From the NCBI RefSeq assembly GCF_046105845.1, contig NZ_CP151004.1: a DNA stretch of 64,000 nt; one strand, 5' to 3'. The notes below the pieces were generated by a model. That model did no database searches. It worked only from the letters and a program-made list of their open reading frames with translations, and had not been told where the DNA came from. Source of the DNA: Escherichia coli (GTDB lineage: Bacteria > Pseudomonadota > Gammaproteobacteria > Enterobacterales > Enterobacteriaceae). Shown here piece by piece: positions 1-10,922 of this stretch (positions are counted from its first letter, which is position 1; the number at the start of each line of letters is the position of its first letter). The position numbers and the translations under genes were made by a program.

Positions 1-95
1 CAAAATACAGCCAACAACCGCTGGTGAAATATATCGGCCAGCCGGTCGTCAACATTGTCGAACTCAATCTGGCGCTGGATAAGCTTGATGAATAA
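1..95 (+). CDS. kdpC: K+-transporting ATPase subunit KdpC, C-terminal fragment (5' end outside window)
   Basis: Frame-3 translation ...[22 protein letters not shown], stop TAA 93-95 overlapping kdpD start; matches remembered KdpC C-terminus and kdp operon context. Confidence 0.7.
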
Positions 96-2772
96 CGAAC
101 CCTTACGTCCCGATCCCGATCGTCTGCTGGAACAAACTGCCGCGCCGCATCGGGGGAAGCTGAAAGTTTTCTTCGGTGCCTGTGCGGGCGTCGGGAAGAC
201 CTGGGCGATGCTGGCAGAGGCCCAGCGACTGCGGGCGCAAGGGCTGGATATTGTGGTTGGCGTGGTTGAAACCCACGGGCGGAAAGATACCGCCGCAATG
301 CTGGAAGGGCTGGCTGTTCTGCCGCCCAAACGCCAGGCGTACCGTGGGCGGCACATCAGCGAGTTTGATCTCGATGCCGCCCTCGCCCGCCGTCCGGCGC
401 TGATCTTAATGGACGAACTGGCGCACAGTAATGCGCCAGGTTCTCGTCATCCTAAACGCTGGCAGGACATCGAAGAGCTGCTGGAAGCGGGCATTGATGT
501 TTTCACAACCGTCAACGTTCAGCATCTGGAAAGTCTGAATGATGTGGTCAGCGGCGTCACCGGAATTCAGGTACGGGAAACCGTGCCCGATCCTTTTTTC
601 GATGCCGCCGACGACGTGGTGCTGGTGGACTTGCCCCCGGACGATCTGCGCCAGCGGCTGAAAGAAGGCAAAGTCTATATTGCCGGGCAGGCGGAGCGCG
701 CCATTGAACATTTTTTTCGCAAAGGCAATCTGATCGCCCTGCGCGAACTGGCACTGCGCCGTACTGCCGATCGCGTAGATGAGCAAATGCGCGCCTGGCG
801 GGGGCATCCTGGCGAAGAGAAAGTGTGGCACACGCGCGACGCGATCCTTTTATGCATCGGGCATAACACCGGCAGTGAGAAACTGGTCCGCGCGGCGGCG
901 CGGCTGGCGTCGAGGCTGGGTAGCGTCTGGCACGCGGTGTATGTTGAAACCCCTGCCCTGCATCGCTTACCGGAGAAAAAACGTCGGGCAATTCTCAGCG
1001 CCTTACGTCTGGCGCAGGAGCTGGGCGCGGAGACGGCAACACTTTCTGATCCAGCGGAAGAGAAAGCGGTAGTGCGTTATGCCCGTGAACATAATCTCGG
1101 CAAGATTATTCTCGGTCGCCCGGCCTCACGCCGCTGGTGGCGTCGGGAAACGTTTGCTGACCGACTGGCGCGCATCGCCCCCGATCTCGATCAGGTGCTG
1201 GTCGCGCTTGATGAACCACCCGCCCGCACGATTAACAACGCGCCGGATAGCCGCTCTTTTAAAGACAAGTGGCGGGTACAGATTCAGGGATGCGTGGTTG
1301 CCGCCGCGTTATGCGCCGTTATCACCTTAATTGCCATGCAGTGGCTGATGGCGTTTGATGCCGCCAACCTGGTGATGCTGTATCTACTTGGCGTGGTGGT
1401 GGTGGCGCTATTTTATGGACGCTGGCCTTCGGTGGTTGCTACCGTCATTAATGTGGTGAGTTTCGATCTCTTTTTTATCGCCCCACGCGGCACGCTCGCC
1501 GTCTCTGATGTGCAATATCTGCTGACCTTCGCGGTGATGTTAACCGTCGGGCTGGTGATCGGGAACCTTACTGCTGGCGTGCGTTATCAGGCGCGGGTAG
1601 CCCGTTACCGCGAGCAACGCACACGGCACTTATATGAAATGTCGAAAGCACTGGCGGTGGGCCGCAGTCCGCAGGACATCGCCGCCACCAGCGAACAATT
1701 TATTGCCTCCACGTTTCATGCCCGCAGCCAGGTGTTGCTGCCTGATGACAACGGTAAATTGCAGCCGTTAACACATCCGCAAGGAATGACGCCGTGGGAC
1801 GATGCCATCGCGCAGTGGGGTTTTGATAAAGGCCTGCCTGCGGGTGCGGGCACCGACACGTTACCCGGCGTGCCGTACCAGATTTTGCCGTTAAAAAGCG
1901 GTGAGAAAACCTACGGACTGGTGGTGGTGGAGCCGGGGAATCTGCGCCAGTTGATGATCCCGGAACAGCAGCGCCTGCTGGAGACGTTTACGCTGTTAGT
2001 CGCCAATGCCCTTGAGCGGCTGACGCTAACCGCCAGCGAAGAACAGGCGCGGATGGCAAGCGAACGTGAACAGATCCGCAACGCCCTGCTGGCGGCGCTT
2101 TCGCATGATTTACGCACTCCGCTTACGGTGCTGTTCGGTCAGGCAGAAATCTTAACGCTCGATCTGGCGAGCGAAGGATCGCCCCACGCCCGCCAGGCCA
2201 GCGAGATTCGTCAGCATGTGCTGAACACGACCCGACTGGTGAATAATCTACTGGATATGGCGCGAATTCAGTCCGGCGGCTTTAATTTGAAGAAAGAGTG
2301 GTTAACGCTGGAAGAAGTGGTCGGCAGCGCGCTGCAAATGCTGGAACCGGGTTTATCGTCGCCTATCAATCTTTCTCTGCCAGAACCGCTGACCTTAATC
2401 CGCGTTGACGGGCCACTGTTTGAACGGGTGCTGATTAATCTGCTGGAGAACGCGGTGAAATACGCGGGTGCACAGGCCGAAATTGGTATCAATGCCCACG
2501 TTGAGTGCGAAAATCTAGAACTGGATGTCTGGGATAACGGCCCCGGTCTTCCACCAGGCCAGGAGCAGACGATATTTGATAAGTTTGCTCGCGGGAATAA
2601 AGAGTCGGCGGTACCGGGTGTAGGGCTTGGGTTGGCAATTTGTCGGGCGATAGTGGATGTACACGGCGGCACCATTACCGCATTCAACCGACCGGAAGGT
2701 GGTGCCTGTTTTCGTGTTACACTTCCCCAGCAAACAGCCCCTGAACTTGAAGAATTTCATGAGGATATGTGA
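88..2772 (+). CDS. kdpD: Sensor histidine kinase KdpD (894 aa)
   Basis: ORF 55..2772; internal ATG at 88 gives [16 protein letters not shown]..., Walker-type GACAGVGKT, 4 TM segments, HDLRTP H-box and C-terminal HATPase motifs. Confidence 0.95.
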
Positions 2773-3446
2773 CAAACGTTCTGATTGTTGAAGATGAACA
2801 GGCTATTCGTCGCTTTCTGCGCACGGCGCTGGAGGGCGATGGGATGCGCGTCTTTGAGGCCGAAACGCTGCAACGCGGCTTGCTGGAAGCGGCAACCCGT
2901 AAGCCAGATTTGATTATTCTCGATCTCGGCCTGCCCGATGGTGATGGGATTGAGTTTATCCGCGACCTGCGCCAGTGGAGCGCGGTGCCGGTGATTGTGC
3001 TTTCCGCACGTAGCGAAGAGAGCGACAAAATCGCCGCGCTGGATGCCGGAGCGGATGATTACCTGAGTAAGCCATTTGGTATTGGCGAATTGCAGGCCCG
3101 TCTGCGCGTCGCTTTACGCCGCCACTCCGCCACCACCGCGCCCGATCCGCTGGTGAAATTTTCCGATGTTACCGTCGATTTAGCGGCTCGTGTGATCCAT
3201 CGCGGTGAGGAAGAGGTGCATCTCACACCAATTGAGTTTCGCCTGCTGGCGGTGCTGCTCAACAATGCCGGAAAAGTGCTCACCCAGCGCCAGCTCCTTA
3301 ACCAGGTGTGGGGACCAAACGCGGTCGAACACAGTCATTATTTGCGTATTTATATGGGGCATCTGCGACAAAAACTGGAGCAAGATCCCGCCCGCCCCCG
3401 CCACTTCATTACTGAAACCGGTATTGGGTATCGGTTTATGCTTTAG
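2769..3446 (+). CDS. kdpE: Response regulator KdpE (225 aa), GTG start overlapping kdpD stop
   Basis: [20 protein letters not shown]..., receiver domain plus OmpR-type winged helix; GTG at 2769 within ATGTGA junction. Confidence 0.95.
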   Translation: MTNVLIVEDEQAIRRFLRTALEGDGMRVFEAETLQRGLLEAATRKPDLIILDLGLPDGDGIEFIRDLRQWSAVPVIVLSARSEESDKIAALDAGADDYLSKPFGIGELQARLRVALRRHSATTAPDPLVKFSDVTVDLAARVIHRGEEEVHLTPIEFRLLAVLLNNAGKVLTQRQLLNQVWGPNAVEHSHYLRIYMGHLRQKLEQDPARPRHFITETGIGYRFML

Positions 3447-3454
3447 GCGGTTAA

Positions 3455-3560
3455 ATGCTGGATCCGGCATGAACGCCTTATCCGGCCTACAAAATAGCGC
3501 AAATTCAATATATTGCACCATCTTCCCAGGCCTGATAAGCGTAGCGCATCAGGCAGTCAT
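3455..3560. repeat. REP-type palindromic units in kdpE-pgm spacer
   Basis: ggatccggcatgaacgccttatccggcctac and caggcctgataagcgtagcgcatcaggc, typical REP consensus-like imperfect palindromes. Confidence 0.5.
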
Positions 3561-3564
3561 AAGT

Positions 3565-3596
3565 AAAAAAGGGCGATCTTCCGACCGCCCTTTTTC
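3565..3596. terminator. Bidirectional rho-independent terminator shared by convergent kdpE and pgm
   Basis: aaaaaa-GGGCG-atcttccgac-CGCCC-ttttt: GC stem flanked by A-run and T-run. Confidence 0.55.
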
Positions 3597-3609
3597 TTAT
3601 TAAATGTGT

Positions 3610-5250
3610 TTACGCGTTTTTCAGAACTTCGCTAACAATCTCAACCGCTTCTTTCTCAATCTGCTTGCGATGTTCTTCCCCGAGGAAGCTTTCGCAATAA
3701 ATCTTGTACGCGTCTTCCGTGCCTGACGGACGCGCGGCGAACCAGCCGTTGTCAGTCATCACTTTCAGACCGCCAATAGAAGCACCGTTGCCCGGAGCAG
3801 CAGTCAGGCGTGCGGTGATCGGGTCACCTGCCAGGGTGCTGGCGCTCACCATTTCCGGAGACAGCTTAGACAGCGCCGCTTTTTGTGCGGAAGTCGCAGC
3901 TGCCTGCAAACGGTTGTAGCTCGGCGCACCAAAGCGTTTTGCCAGTTCGTTGTAGTGTTCCTGCGGGTTCTTACCGGTGACAGCGGTGATTTCCGCCGCC
4001 AGCAGACACATGATGATGCCGTCTTTGTCGGTGGACCACGGCGTGCCGTCGAAACGCAGGAAGGAAGCCCCTGCGCTCTCTTCGCCGCCAAAGCCGAAGC
4101 TGCCGTCGAACAGACCATCAACAAACCATTTGAAACCTACCGGGACTTCTACCAGCTTACGGCCCAAATCATTGACCACACGGTCGATCATCGCAGAAGA
4201 AACCAGCGTTTTACCGACAGCAACATCTTTGCCCCACTGCGGACGATGCTGGAACAGGTAGTTGATCGCCACCGCCAGGTAGTGGTTCGGATTCATCAAA
4301 CCTGCCGGAGTGACGATACCGTGACGGTCATAATCCGGGTCGTTAGCAAACGCCAGATCGAACTTATCACGCAGTGCCAGCAGGCCCGCCATCGCACACT
4401 CGGAGGAGCAGTCCATACGGATCGCGCCGTCTTTATCGAGGTGCATAAAGCGGAAGGTTTGATCGACCTGATCGTTAACGATGGTCAGGTTGAGGTTGTA
4501 ATACTCGCCAATGCGCTTCCAGTATTCGATACCGGAACCACCCAGCGGATCAACGCCCAGCGTCAGGCCCGCTTTCTGAATCGCCGCCATATCAACGATA
4601 TCGGCCAGCCCTTCCACAAACGGCTGCACCAGATCCTGCTCTTTCACATGACCGGATGCCATCGCTTCGTCGAGGGAGATACGCTTCACGCCTTTCAGGC
4701 CATCAGCCATCAGTGCGTTGGCCCTGTCTTCCACCACTTTAGTGACGTTGGTATCAGCCGGGCCACCATTTGGCGGATTGTACTTGATACCACCATCTTC
4801 CGGCGGGTTATGAGACGGTGTGATCACGATACCGTCTGCCAGCGGGCCACCTTTTTTATTGTGAACCAGGATGGCATTGGAAACGGCAGGCGTCGGGGTG
4901 AAGCCATTGTTTTCCTGCACAATGACATCAACGCCATTCGCTGCCAGCACTTCCAGTACGGAAATGAACGCAGGCTCGGACAGGGCGTGAGTATCTTTAC
5001 CCACATAGCAAGGGCCAGTGATGCCGTTTTTCGCACGTTCTTCAGCAATTGCCTGAGCGATCGCCAGAATGTGCGGCTCGTTAAAGCTGTGGCGCGCTGC
5101 ACTGCCACGGTGACCGGAAGTACCGAATTTCACCGCGTGCTCCGCATTCCCTGCTTCTGGTTTCAGTACATAATATTGCGCCGTCAGTTGGGCGACGTTA
5201 ATCAAATCACTCTGTTGTGCAGGTTGGCCTGCACGATTGTGGATTGCCAT
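3610..5250 (-). CDS. pgm: Phosphoglucomutase (546 aa)
   Basis: ORF 3610..5301; internal ATG at 5250 gives [22 protein letters not shown]...; TSGHRGS-type phosphoserine loop. Confidence 0.95.
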   Translation of the reverse strand: MAIHNRAGQPAQQSDLINVAQLTAQYYVLKPEAGNAEHAVKFGTSGHRGSAARHSFNEPHILAIAQAIAEERAKNGITGPCYVGKDTHALSEPAFISVLEVLAANGVDVIVQENNGFTPTPAVSNAILVHNKKGGPLADGIVITPSHNPPEDGGIKYNPPNGGPADTNVTKVVEDRANALMADGLKGVKRISLDEAMASGHVKEQDLVQPFVEGLADIVDMAAIQKAGLTLGVDPLGGSGIEYWKRIGEYYNLNLTIVNDQVDQTFRFMHLDKDGAIRMDCSSECAMAGLLALRDKFDLAFANDPDYDRHGIVTPAGLMNPNHYLAVAINYLFQHRPQWGKDVAVGKTLVSSAMIDRVVNDLGRKLVEVPVGFKWFVDGLFDGSFGFGGEESAGASFLRFDGTPWSTDKDGIIMCLLAAEITAVTGKNPQEHYNELAKRFGAPSYNRLQAAATSAQKAALSKLSPEMVSASTLAGDPITARLTAAPGNGASIGGLKVMTDNGWFAARPSGTEDAYKIYCESFLGEEHRKQIEKEAVEIVSEVLKNA

Positions 5251-5275
5251 TGCTTTGTCCTTTGTCTGCAACGTT

Positions 5276-5821
5276 TTAGATAGTTCCGCAAACCTTCTCA
5301 ATCAATTCCGCCGGGAATTGCATCGACTGCATGATGTGTTCGATCATGCTGCATTTACGGCCGGTGTTGGTGTTGGTGATCACCCAATACGGCGTGCCAG
5401 GCACATGTTTCGGCTTGGTCTGATTACCATTTTTCAGCAGCGTTTGTTCATCTGCCGCAAAGTAAACGCGTGTACGACCGTGCAACGATTCCGTTGCTTC
5501 GGCAAACGCCTGGGCGTCAAGAGAATATAGTGTAGACAACAGCAGCATAAAGCGATTGACCGCTCGCTTTTGCTCTGCGTATTCATCCGAAAGCAGAAGT
5601 TCACGCATTGCGCGAACCTTGTCTTTAATCGTTTTGACCGGCTTCGCTTCGACGATAGCAGGTGACGCAACGCGAACCTCTTTCGTCACCGGAGCAGCAG
5701 GCTGTGATGCGGCGGAAAATTTCAACATACGCCGTAAAATGTCGGATGCGCTCTCGCCGATATGCTTAGTGTGGCTGGCAATATAGCTGTAGAGTTCATC
5801 ATCAACTTCAATCGTTTTCAT
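5276..5821 (-). CDS. seqA: Replication initiation negative modulator SeqA (181 aa)
   Basis: ORF 5276..5899; internal ATG at 5821 gives [35 protein letters not shown]... Confidence 0.95.
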
Positions 5822-6005
5822 CTTAATCCAGTGCAGTGTCTTAGCTGAATACAAGTCGCCAGGAGTATATGAATAAATCCCGGCAGCGGATAGCGTCAAG
5901 CCTGGCTTGCAGAAAAACTCGGATTAAACCTTATTTGTTGCAGCCCTGTGGCACAATGGTCAACATAATACCCTAACCCGACAACGCGAAAAAAAGAACT
6001 TTGCC

Positions 6006-6770
6006 ATGAAATTGAATATCCGCGCGCAAACTGCACAAAACCAGCACAATAATTCTCCCATCGTTCTTGTCCATGGTCTGTTTGGTAGCCTAGACAACCT
6101 TGGCGTACTGGCTCGCGATCTGGTAAACGATCACAATATCATCCAGGTTGATATGCGTAACCACGGTCTTTCACCGAGAGATCCGGTAATGAATTACCCG
6201 GCGATGGCCCAGGATCTTGTTGATACCCTGGATGCACTGCAGATCGACAAAGCAACATTTATCGGTCACTCCATGGGCGGTAAAGCGGTAATGGCACTTA
6301 CTGCACTGGCCCCCGATCGGATTGACAAGCTGGTGGCAATTGATATTGCTCCGGTCGATTATCACGTTCGCCGGCATGATGAGATTTTCGCGGCCATCAA
6401 CGCAGTCAGTGAATCGGACGCACAAACTCGCCAGCAAGCAGCGGCAATAATGCGCCAGCATCTTAATGAAGAAGGGGTGATTCAGTTTCTGCTGAAATCT
6501 TTTGTTGACGGGGAGTGGCGCTTTAACGTGCCGGTATTGTGGGATCAGTATCCGCATATTGTGGGTTGGGAGAAAATCCCGGCATGGGATCACCCTGCCC
6601 TGTTTATCCCTGGCGGCAATTCTCCGTATGTTAGCGAGCAGTACCGCGATGATTTACTGGCACAATTTCCACAGGCACGGGCGCATGTGATTGCAGGCGC
6701 GGGTCACTGGGTCCATGCTGAAAAACCGGATGCGGTATTACGCGCTATCCGTCGCTATCTCAATGATTAA
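6006..6770 (+). CDS. ybfF: Alpha/beta-hydrolase esterase YbfF (254 aa)
   Basis: ORF MKLNIRAQTAQNQHNNSPIVLVHGLFGS..., GHSMGG nucleophile elbow. Confidence 0.9.
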   Translation: MKLNIRAQTAQNQHNNSPIVLVHGLFGSLDNLGVLARDLVNDHNIIQVDMRNHGLSPRDPVMNYPAMAQDLVDTLDALQIDKATFIGHSMGGKAVMALTALAPDRIDKLVAIDIAPVDYHVRRHDEIFAAINAVSESDAQTRQQAAAIMRQHLNEEGVIQFLLKSFVDGEWRFNVPVLWDQYPHIVGWEKIPAWDHPALFIPGGNSPYVSEQYRDDLLAQFPQARAHVIAGAGHWVHAEKPDAVLRAIRRYLND

Positions 6771-6909
6771 CGCAACTGATTAAAAACCCAGCGTCCGCGT
6801 CGCTTTCCGCGCGTGGGCGTTGGCGTGACTCATCGCGCTGATGTATTATGGCGCGCTATCCATCCGGGCAGAGGCCTGGCTGATTGTTTCCCCCGAAGTC
6901 ACCAAGATC

Positions 6910-7203
6910 ATGGCCAAAGAACAAACGGACCGTACGACATTAGATCTGTTCGCGCACGAGCGTCGACCGGGACGACCGAAAACTAATCCGCTTTCGCGCG
7001 ATGAACAGCTGCGTATTAATAAACGCAACCAGCTAAAACGCGACAAAGTACGTGGCCTTAAGCGTGTCGAACTGAAGCTGAACGCGGAAGCTGTCGAGGC
7101 GCTGAACGAGCTGGCGGAATCGCGCAATATGAGCCGTAGCGAACTGATCGAAGAGATGTTAATGCAGCAACTGGCGGCGCTGCGTAGTCAGGGCATCGTT
7201 TAA
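6910..7203 (+). CDS. ybfE: LexA-regulated small protein YbfE (97 aa)
   Basis: ORF 6841..7203; internal ATG at 6910 gives [28 protein letters not shown]... Confidence 0.85.
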   Translation: MAKEQTDRTTLDLFAHERRPGRPKTNPLSRDEQLRINKRNQLKRDKVRGLKRVELKLNAEAVEALNELAESRNMSRSELIEEMLMQQLAALRSQGIV

Positions 7204-7342
7204 ATTTCCACTTTCATGTAGCACAGTGTGCAGTCCTGCTCGTTTGCTGATTCCGCAAGACTGCCTGTTCTGCTATGATTGCCTTTATCCGTGGGCAATT
7301 TTCCACCCCCATTTCAATAAGTTTCAAGAGGTTACTTCACTC

Positions 7343-7873
7343 ATGGCTATCACTGGCATCTTTTTCGGCAGCGACACCGGTAATACCGAAAATATCGCAA
7401 AAATGATTCAAAAACAGCTTGGTAAAGACGTTGCCGATGTCCATGACATTGCAAAAAGCAGCAAAGAAGATCTGGAAGCTTATGACATTCTGCTGCTGGG
7501 CATCCCAACCTGGTATTACGGCGAAGCGCAGTGTGACTGGGATGACTTCTTCCCGACTCTCGAAGAGATTGATTTCAATGGCAAACTGGTTGCGCTGTTT
7601 GGTTGTGGTGACCAGGAAGATTACGCTGAATACTTCTGCGACGCATTGGGCACCATCCGCGACATCATTGAACCGCGCGGTGCAACCATTGTTGGTCACT
7701 GGCCAACTGCGGGCTATCATTTCGAAGCATCAAAAGGTCTGGCAGATGACGACCACTTTGTCGGTCTGGCTATCGACGAAGACCGTCAGCCGGAACTGAC
7801 CGCTGAACGTGTAGAAAAATGGGTTAAACAGATTTCTGAAGAGTTGCATCTCGACGAAATTCTCAATGCCTGA
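7343..7873 (+). CDS. fldA: Flavodoxin 1 (176 aa)
   Basis: ORF 7226..7873; internal ATG at 7343 gives [27 protein letters not shown]..., flavodoxin FMN-binding signature. Confidence 0.95.
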
Positions 7874-8078
7874 TGTGATGCGGCGTAGACTCATGTCTAC
7901 GCCGTATTAATAGATAATGCCAATCAAAATAATTGCTACAAATTTGTAACTTTTGCTGTTGTACCTGTACAATGTCCCGGTGTTCAAGTGGCCTTGCCGT
8001 TGTAAATGTAAGCAGTGCCACGTTTTTATTAACAATATTTGCCAGGGACTTGTGGTTTTCATTTAGGCGTGGCAATTC

Positions 8079-8097
8079 TATAATGATACGCATTATC
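8079..8097 (+). promoter_or_regulatory. Fur box (autoregulatory operator) overlapping the uof start
   Basis: tATAATGATAcGCATTATC, near match to 19-bp Fur consensus GATAATGATAATCATTATC. Confidence 0.7.
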
Positions 8098-8169
8098 TCA
8101 AGAGCAAATTCTGTCACTTCTCCTAATGAAGTGAACCGCTTAGTAACAGGACAGATTCCGCATGACTGA
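8083..8169 (+). CDS. uof: uof leader peptide upstream of fur (28 aa), translationally coupled
   Basis: MIRIISRANSVTSPNEVNRLVTGQIPHD; stop TGA 8167-8169 overlaps fur ATG at 8162. Confidence 0.8.
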   Translation: MIRIISRANSVTSPNEVNRLVTGQIPHD

Positions 8170-8608
8170 TAACAATACCGCCCTAAAGAAAGCTGGCCTG
8201 AAAGTAACACTTCCTCGCTTGAAAATCCTGGAAGTTCTTCAGGAGCCGGACAACCATCACGTCAGTGCGGAAGATTTATACAAACGTCTGATCGATATGG
8301 GTGAAGAAATTGGTCTGGCTACGGTATATCGCGTACTGAACCAGTTTGACGACGCTGGTATCGTCACCCGCCACAATTTTGAAGGCGGTAAATCCGTATT
8401 TGAACTGACACAGCAACATCACCACGATCACCTGATCTGCCTCGACTGCGGCAAGGTTATCGAATTTAGTGATGATTCCATCGAAGCGCGTCAGCGTGAA
8501 ATTGCCGCAAAACATGGCATTCGCCTGACTAACCACAGTCTCTATCTTTACGGTCACTGTGCCGAAGGCGATTGCCGCGAAGATGAGCACGCGCACGAAG
8601 GCAAATAA
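8162..8608 (+). CDS. fur: Ferric uptake regulator Fur (148 aa)
   Basis: ORF MTDNNTALKKAGLKVTLPRLKILEVLQEPDNHHVSAEDLYKRL... with HHHDH and CxxC metal sites. Confidence 0.97.
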   Translation: MTDNNTALKKAGLKVTLPRLKILEVLQEPDNHHVSAEDLYKRLIDMGEEIGLATVYRVLNQFDDAGIVTRHNFEGGKSVFELTQQHHHDHLICLDCGKVIEFSDDSIEARQREIAAKHGIRLTNHSLYLYGHCAEGDCREDEHAHEGK

Positions 8609-8623
8609 GCCAGCCGGAACGAG

Positions 8624-8651
8624 AAAAGCCAACCTGCGGGTTGGCTTTTTT
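8624..8651. terminator. Rho-independent terminator between convergent fur and chiQ
   Basis: aaaaGCCAACCtgcGGGTTGGCtttttt. Confidence 0.6.
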
Positions 8652-8691
8652 ATACACGGGAAATAAGAAAAGCGAGAGTTACAGCTCTCAC

Positions 8692-9018
8692 TTATTTGTT
8701 ATTACTGCGAATTTCCTGCCAGACCTTATCACAGTCGGCTTTTACCGCCTGATCATTTCCGGTTTGCGTTGCGCGCAGACACTGCTGATAATCCAGTACG
8801 CGTACACTTTCCTGATCGGCAAACTGCTGATGTTGTTTCTCTTTCTTCAGCACGTTTAACACGCTCTGGCAGGCTTCAATTTTTTCTGGCGAACCTTGCG
8901 CGGTGTTAATACAGGCGCTGTATGCCTCTTTCAGACGACTGTCTTCCTGTGGCGCGGTTGATTGCGCACAAGCTACCAGCCCCGATGCAATCATGGCGAT
9001 GAGAATCAGTTTTTTCAT
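8692..9018 (-). CDS. chiQ: Lipoprotein ChiQ (YbfN), 108 aa
   Basis: ORF MKKLILIAMIASGLVAC..., lipobox LVAC, downstream of chiP on same strand. Confidence 0.85.
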   Translation of the reverse strand: MKKLILIAMIASGLVACAQSTAPQEDSRLKEAYSACINTAQGSPEKIEACQSVLNVLKKEKQHQQFADQESVRVLDYQQCLRATQTGNDQAVKADCDKVWQEIRSNNK

Positions 9019-9067
9019 AGCAAATTCCTCAAACGTGCGGCAGGCACAAAACCTGCCGCGTCAGGCA

Positions 9068-10474
9068 TCAGAAGATGGTGAATGGTGCGATTACCATAAA
9101 TTTCACGTCACGCTCATCCTGGAAGATGTTGCCGTAACCACCGCCCCAGCTTGGGATGTCGGAGTGGTTGTCGTATTCGGTGAAGTGCAGTTTGAACATC
9201 GTGCCTTTGGCACGACCGTCCTGAATGGTGTAGACCGCATCCAGGCTGTAGGCAGACTCTTCAATAGTCCGGTTTTTGTCGTAGTACGCATCCGGATTGC
9301 TCTGCCAGGTCGCAGGTTTAGCATCCCATGCGTAAACGTAGGAAGCGCCGATGGCGAAGCCTGGAAGATTCCAGTTTTTCAGGTCATACATCGCACCGAA
9401 GAAGACCGCTTTTTCGCCGTTGGCGTTGAAGTCAGAACGGTTATCCCACCAGATATCCAGGCGACCGTTCGAGGAAGCGTAGGTTGGAGTCATACGTTGC
9501 AGGAAATATCCCTGCTGACCGTCGGCTTTAACCCAGGTGCCTTCCAGACGCAAATCCACTACATCAGCCGCCCGGTAACCAAAGGTCAACGCTTGCAGCC
9601 AGGCAGTGCCGTCGTAAAGGTCGTTGACGCTGCGATCGTCAACTTTATCGCGCGTACCATAGAACTGGTAGCTGGTGGTTAACGGGCTACCGGCGATATC
9701 AAATTTGTAGCTGGCTTTGGCAAAATATTGATCGATATACCCTTCTGCCTGACCAAATGCCGCTTCCAGTACAAAGTTATTTTTGAAGTCGTACTTCGCA
9801 CCAATAGAATGCAGATAATCAACTTTGGTGGTTTTATCGTTCTGATAAAACTCATCCATTTCCAGATGCCACGGTGCTTTGTATTCGTTGGTCCACATGT
9901 AGGAGAAACTCAACGCACCCGCATCGCCGTAATCAAAATTCGCCCCGGCTTCCGCACCCTGATAAGTACCCGGCATAAAGCTCCAGTGCGGCGCTAACAG
10001 CGTTTGACCAGTTGGCTGAATGTAACCTGCCCTCGCCCACACCGGACCGTATTTAAATTTGGCCGCTGCTTTATACAGGCTTATACCGCTTTTGTCGCCG
10101 GACCAGTCTTCGTCATAGGCTTTATTGCTTTTTGAAAACGCGATTTCGTTCGGGTGAGAGCTGTCACCGTTTTCCGCCATTTCAATCGCCGTAAACGCAG
10201 CAATATCAAGGCCGAACATATCAGCAGCATAACCAGACTGAAAATCGAGGTTGGCGTTCCAGGTGGAGTGAGAAAGGTTGGTTTTGTATTTGTCGCCGTC
10301 GGTAACATCTTTACGGTCGCGTTCACGCTGCCAGTAATAGATACCGCCGGTTAAGGTTGAATCGTCGATGAATCCTTCGGCGCGAGCCTCCGGCATTGCC
10401 ATAAAGCCCGACATTGCTGTAACACCGGCGATAGCCAGCGCCAGCGTACTACGTTTGCCACTAAACGTACGCAT
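9068..10474 (-). CDS. chiP: Chitoporin ChiP (YbfM), OprD-family outer-membrane porin, 468 aa
   Basis: [35 protein letters not shown]... signal peptide, C-terminal aromatic residue (PFTIF). Confidence 0.9.
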   Translation of the reverse strand: MRTFSGKRSTLALAIAGVTAMSGFMAMPEARAEGFIDDSTLTGGIYYWQRERDRKDVTDGDKYKTNLSHSTWNANLDFQSGYAADMFGLDIAAFTAIEMAENGDSSHPNEIAFSKSNKAYDEDWSGDKSGISLYKAAAKFKYGPVWARAGYIQPTGQTLLAPHWSFMPGTYQGAEAGANFDYGDAGALSFSYMWTNEYKAPWHLEMDEFYQNDKTTKVDYLHSIGAKYDFKNNFVLEAAFGQAEGYIDQYFAKASYKFDIAGSPLTTSYQFYGTRDKVDDRSVNDLYDGTAWLQALTFGYRAADVVDLRLEGTWVKADGQQGYFLQRMTPTYASSNGRLDIWWDNRSDFNANGEKAVFFGAMYDLKNWNLPGFAIGASYVYAWDAKPATWQSNPDAYYDKNRTIEESAYSLDAVYTIQDGRAKGTMFKLHFTEYDNHSDIPSWGGGYGNIFQDERDVKFMVIAPFTIF

Positions 10475-10801
10475 GGGTTAATCCTCTTTGACGTATAAAT
10501 TGCTGCACCAAAGGTGAACAGCGAAAAAAATAAAAATTAAAAAAGTAGCGTTGAGAAAAGTCTCGCTGACTACAGGAACAGACTATTTTTCGCGACGCGA
10601 ATTATCAATCTCTTTCTGTAACCAGAATGTAAGAACATGAGCAACCGCACATATTTTGATGATTTTTGTTACAAGGCTTAAGTTTGCTGTTGAAAGGCTT
10701 GCAGAAGAATAAAAGCGTGAAATTCCAGCAAGATGAAAGCGGTTACATTTTATTTAATTATGGCTTGTGATTTTAAATTTGTTTTATGGATAAATTGCGA
10801 A

Positions 10802-10826
10802 GCGGAATTAATTCGCGAAGAAAAGC
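10802..10826. promoter_or_regulatory. Candidate NagC operator upstream of chiP
   Basis: gcgGAATTAATTCGCGAAgaaaagc resembles the nagE operator TTAATTCGTATCGCAAATTAA in this window; chiP is reported to be NagC-repressed. Confidence 0.3.
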
Positions 10827-10831
10827 AGAAA

Positions 10832-10860
10832 AAAACGCCGCAGAGCGCGGCGTTTTGGAT
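10832..10860 (-). terminator. Rho-independent terminator downstream of glnS
   Basis: aaaaaaACGCCGCagaGCGCGGCGTttt; on minus strand the stem is followed by a T-run. Confidence 0.6.
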
Positions 10861-10875
10861 TGTTTGCATGTTTCA

Positions 10876-10912
10876 TGCCGGATGCGGCGTAAACGCCTCA
10901 CCCGGCCTGGTA
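10876..10912. repeat. REP element
   Basis: atGCCGGATGCGGCGTAAACGCCTCACCCGGCCTgg, REP-like. Confidence 0.5.
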
Positions 10913-10922
10913 GAACTTAAAA

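Noticed and set aside
3883-5283. 466-codon ORF on the plus strand
   Set aside because: Lies entirely antisense to pgm, whose minus-strand product is a clear phosphoglucomutase; the antisense translation is Arg/Cys/His-rich and low-complexity, typical of a shadow ORF.
8903-9682. 259-codon plus-strand ORF
   Set aside because: Antisense shadow of chiP.
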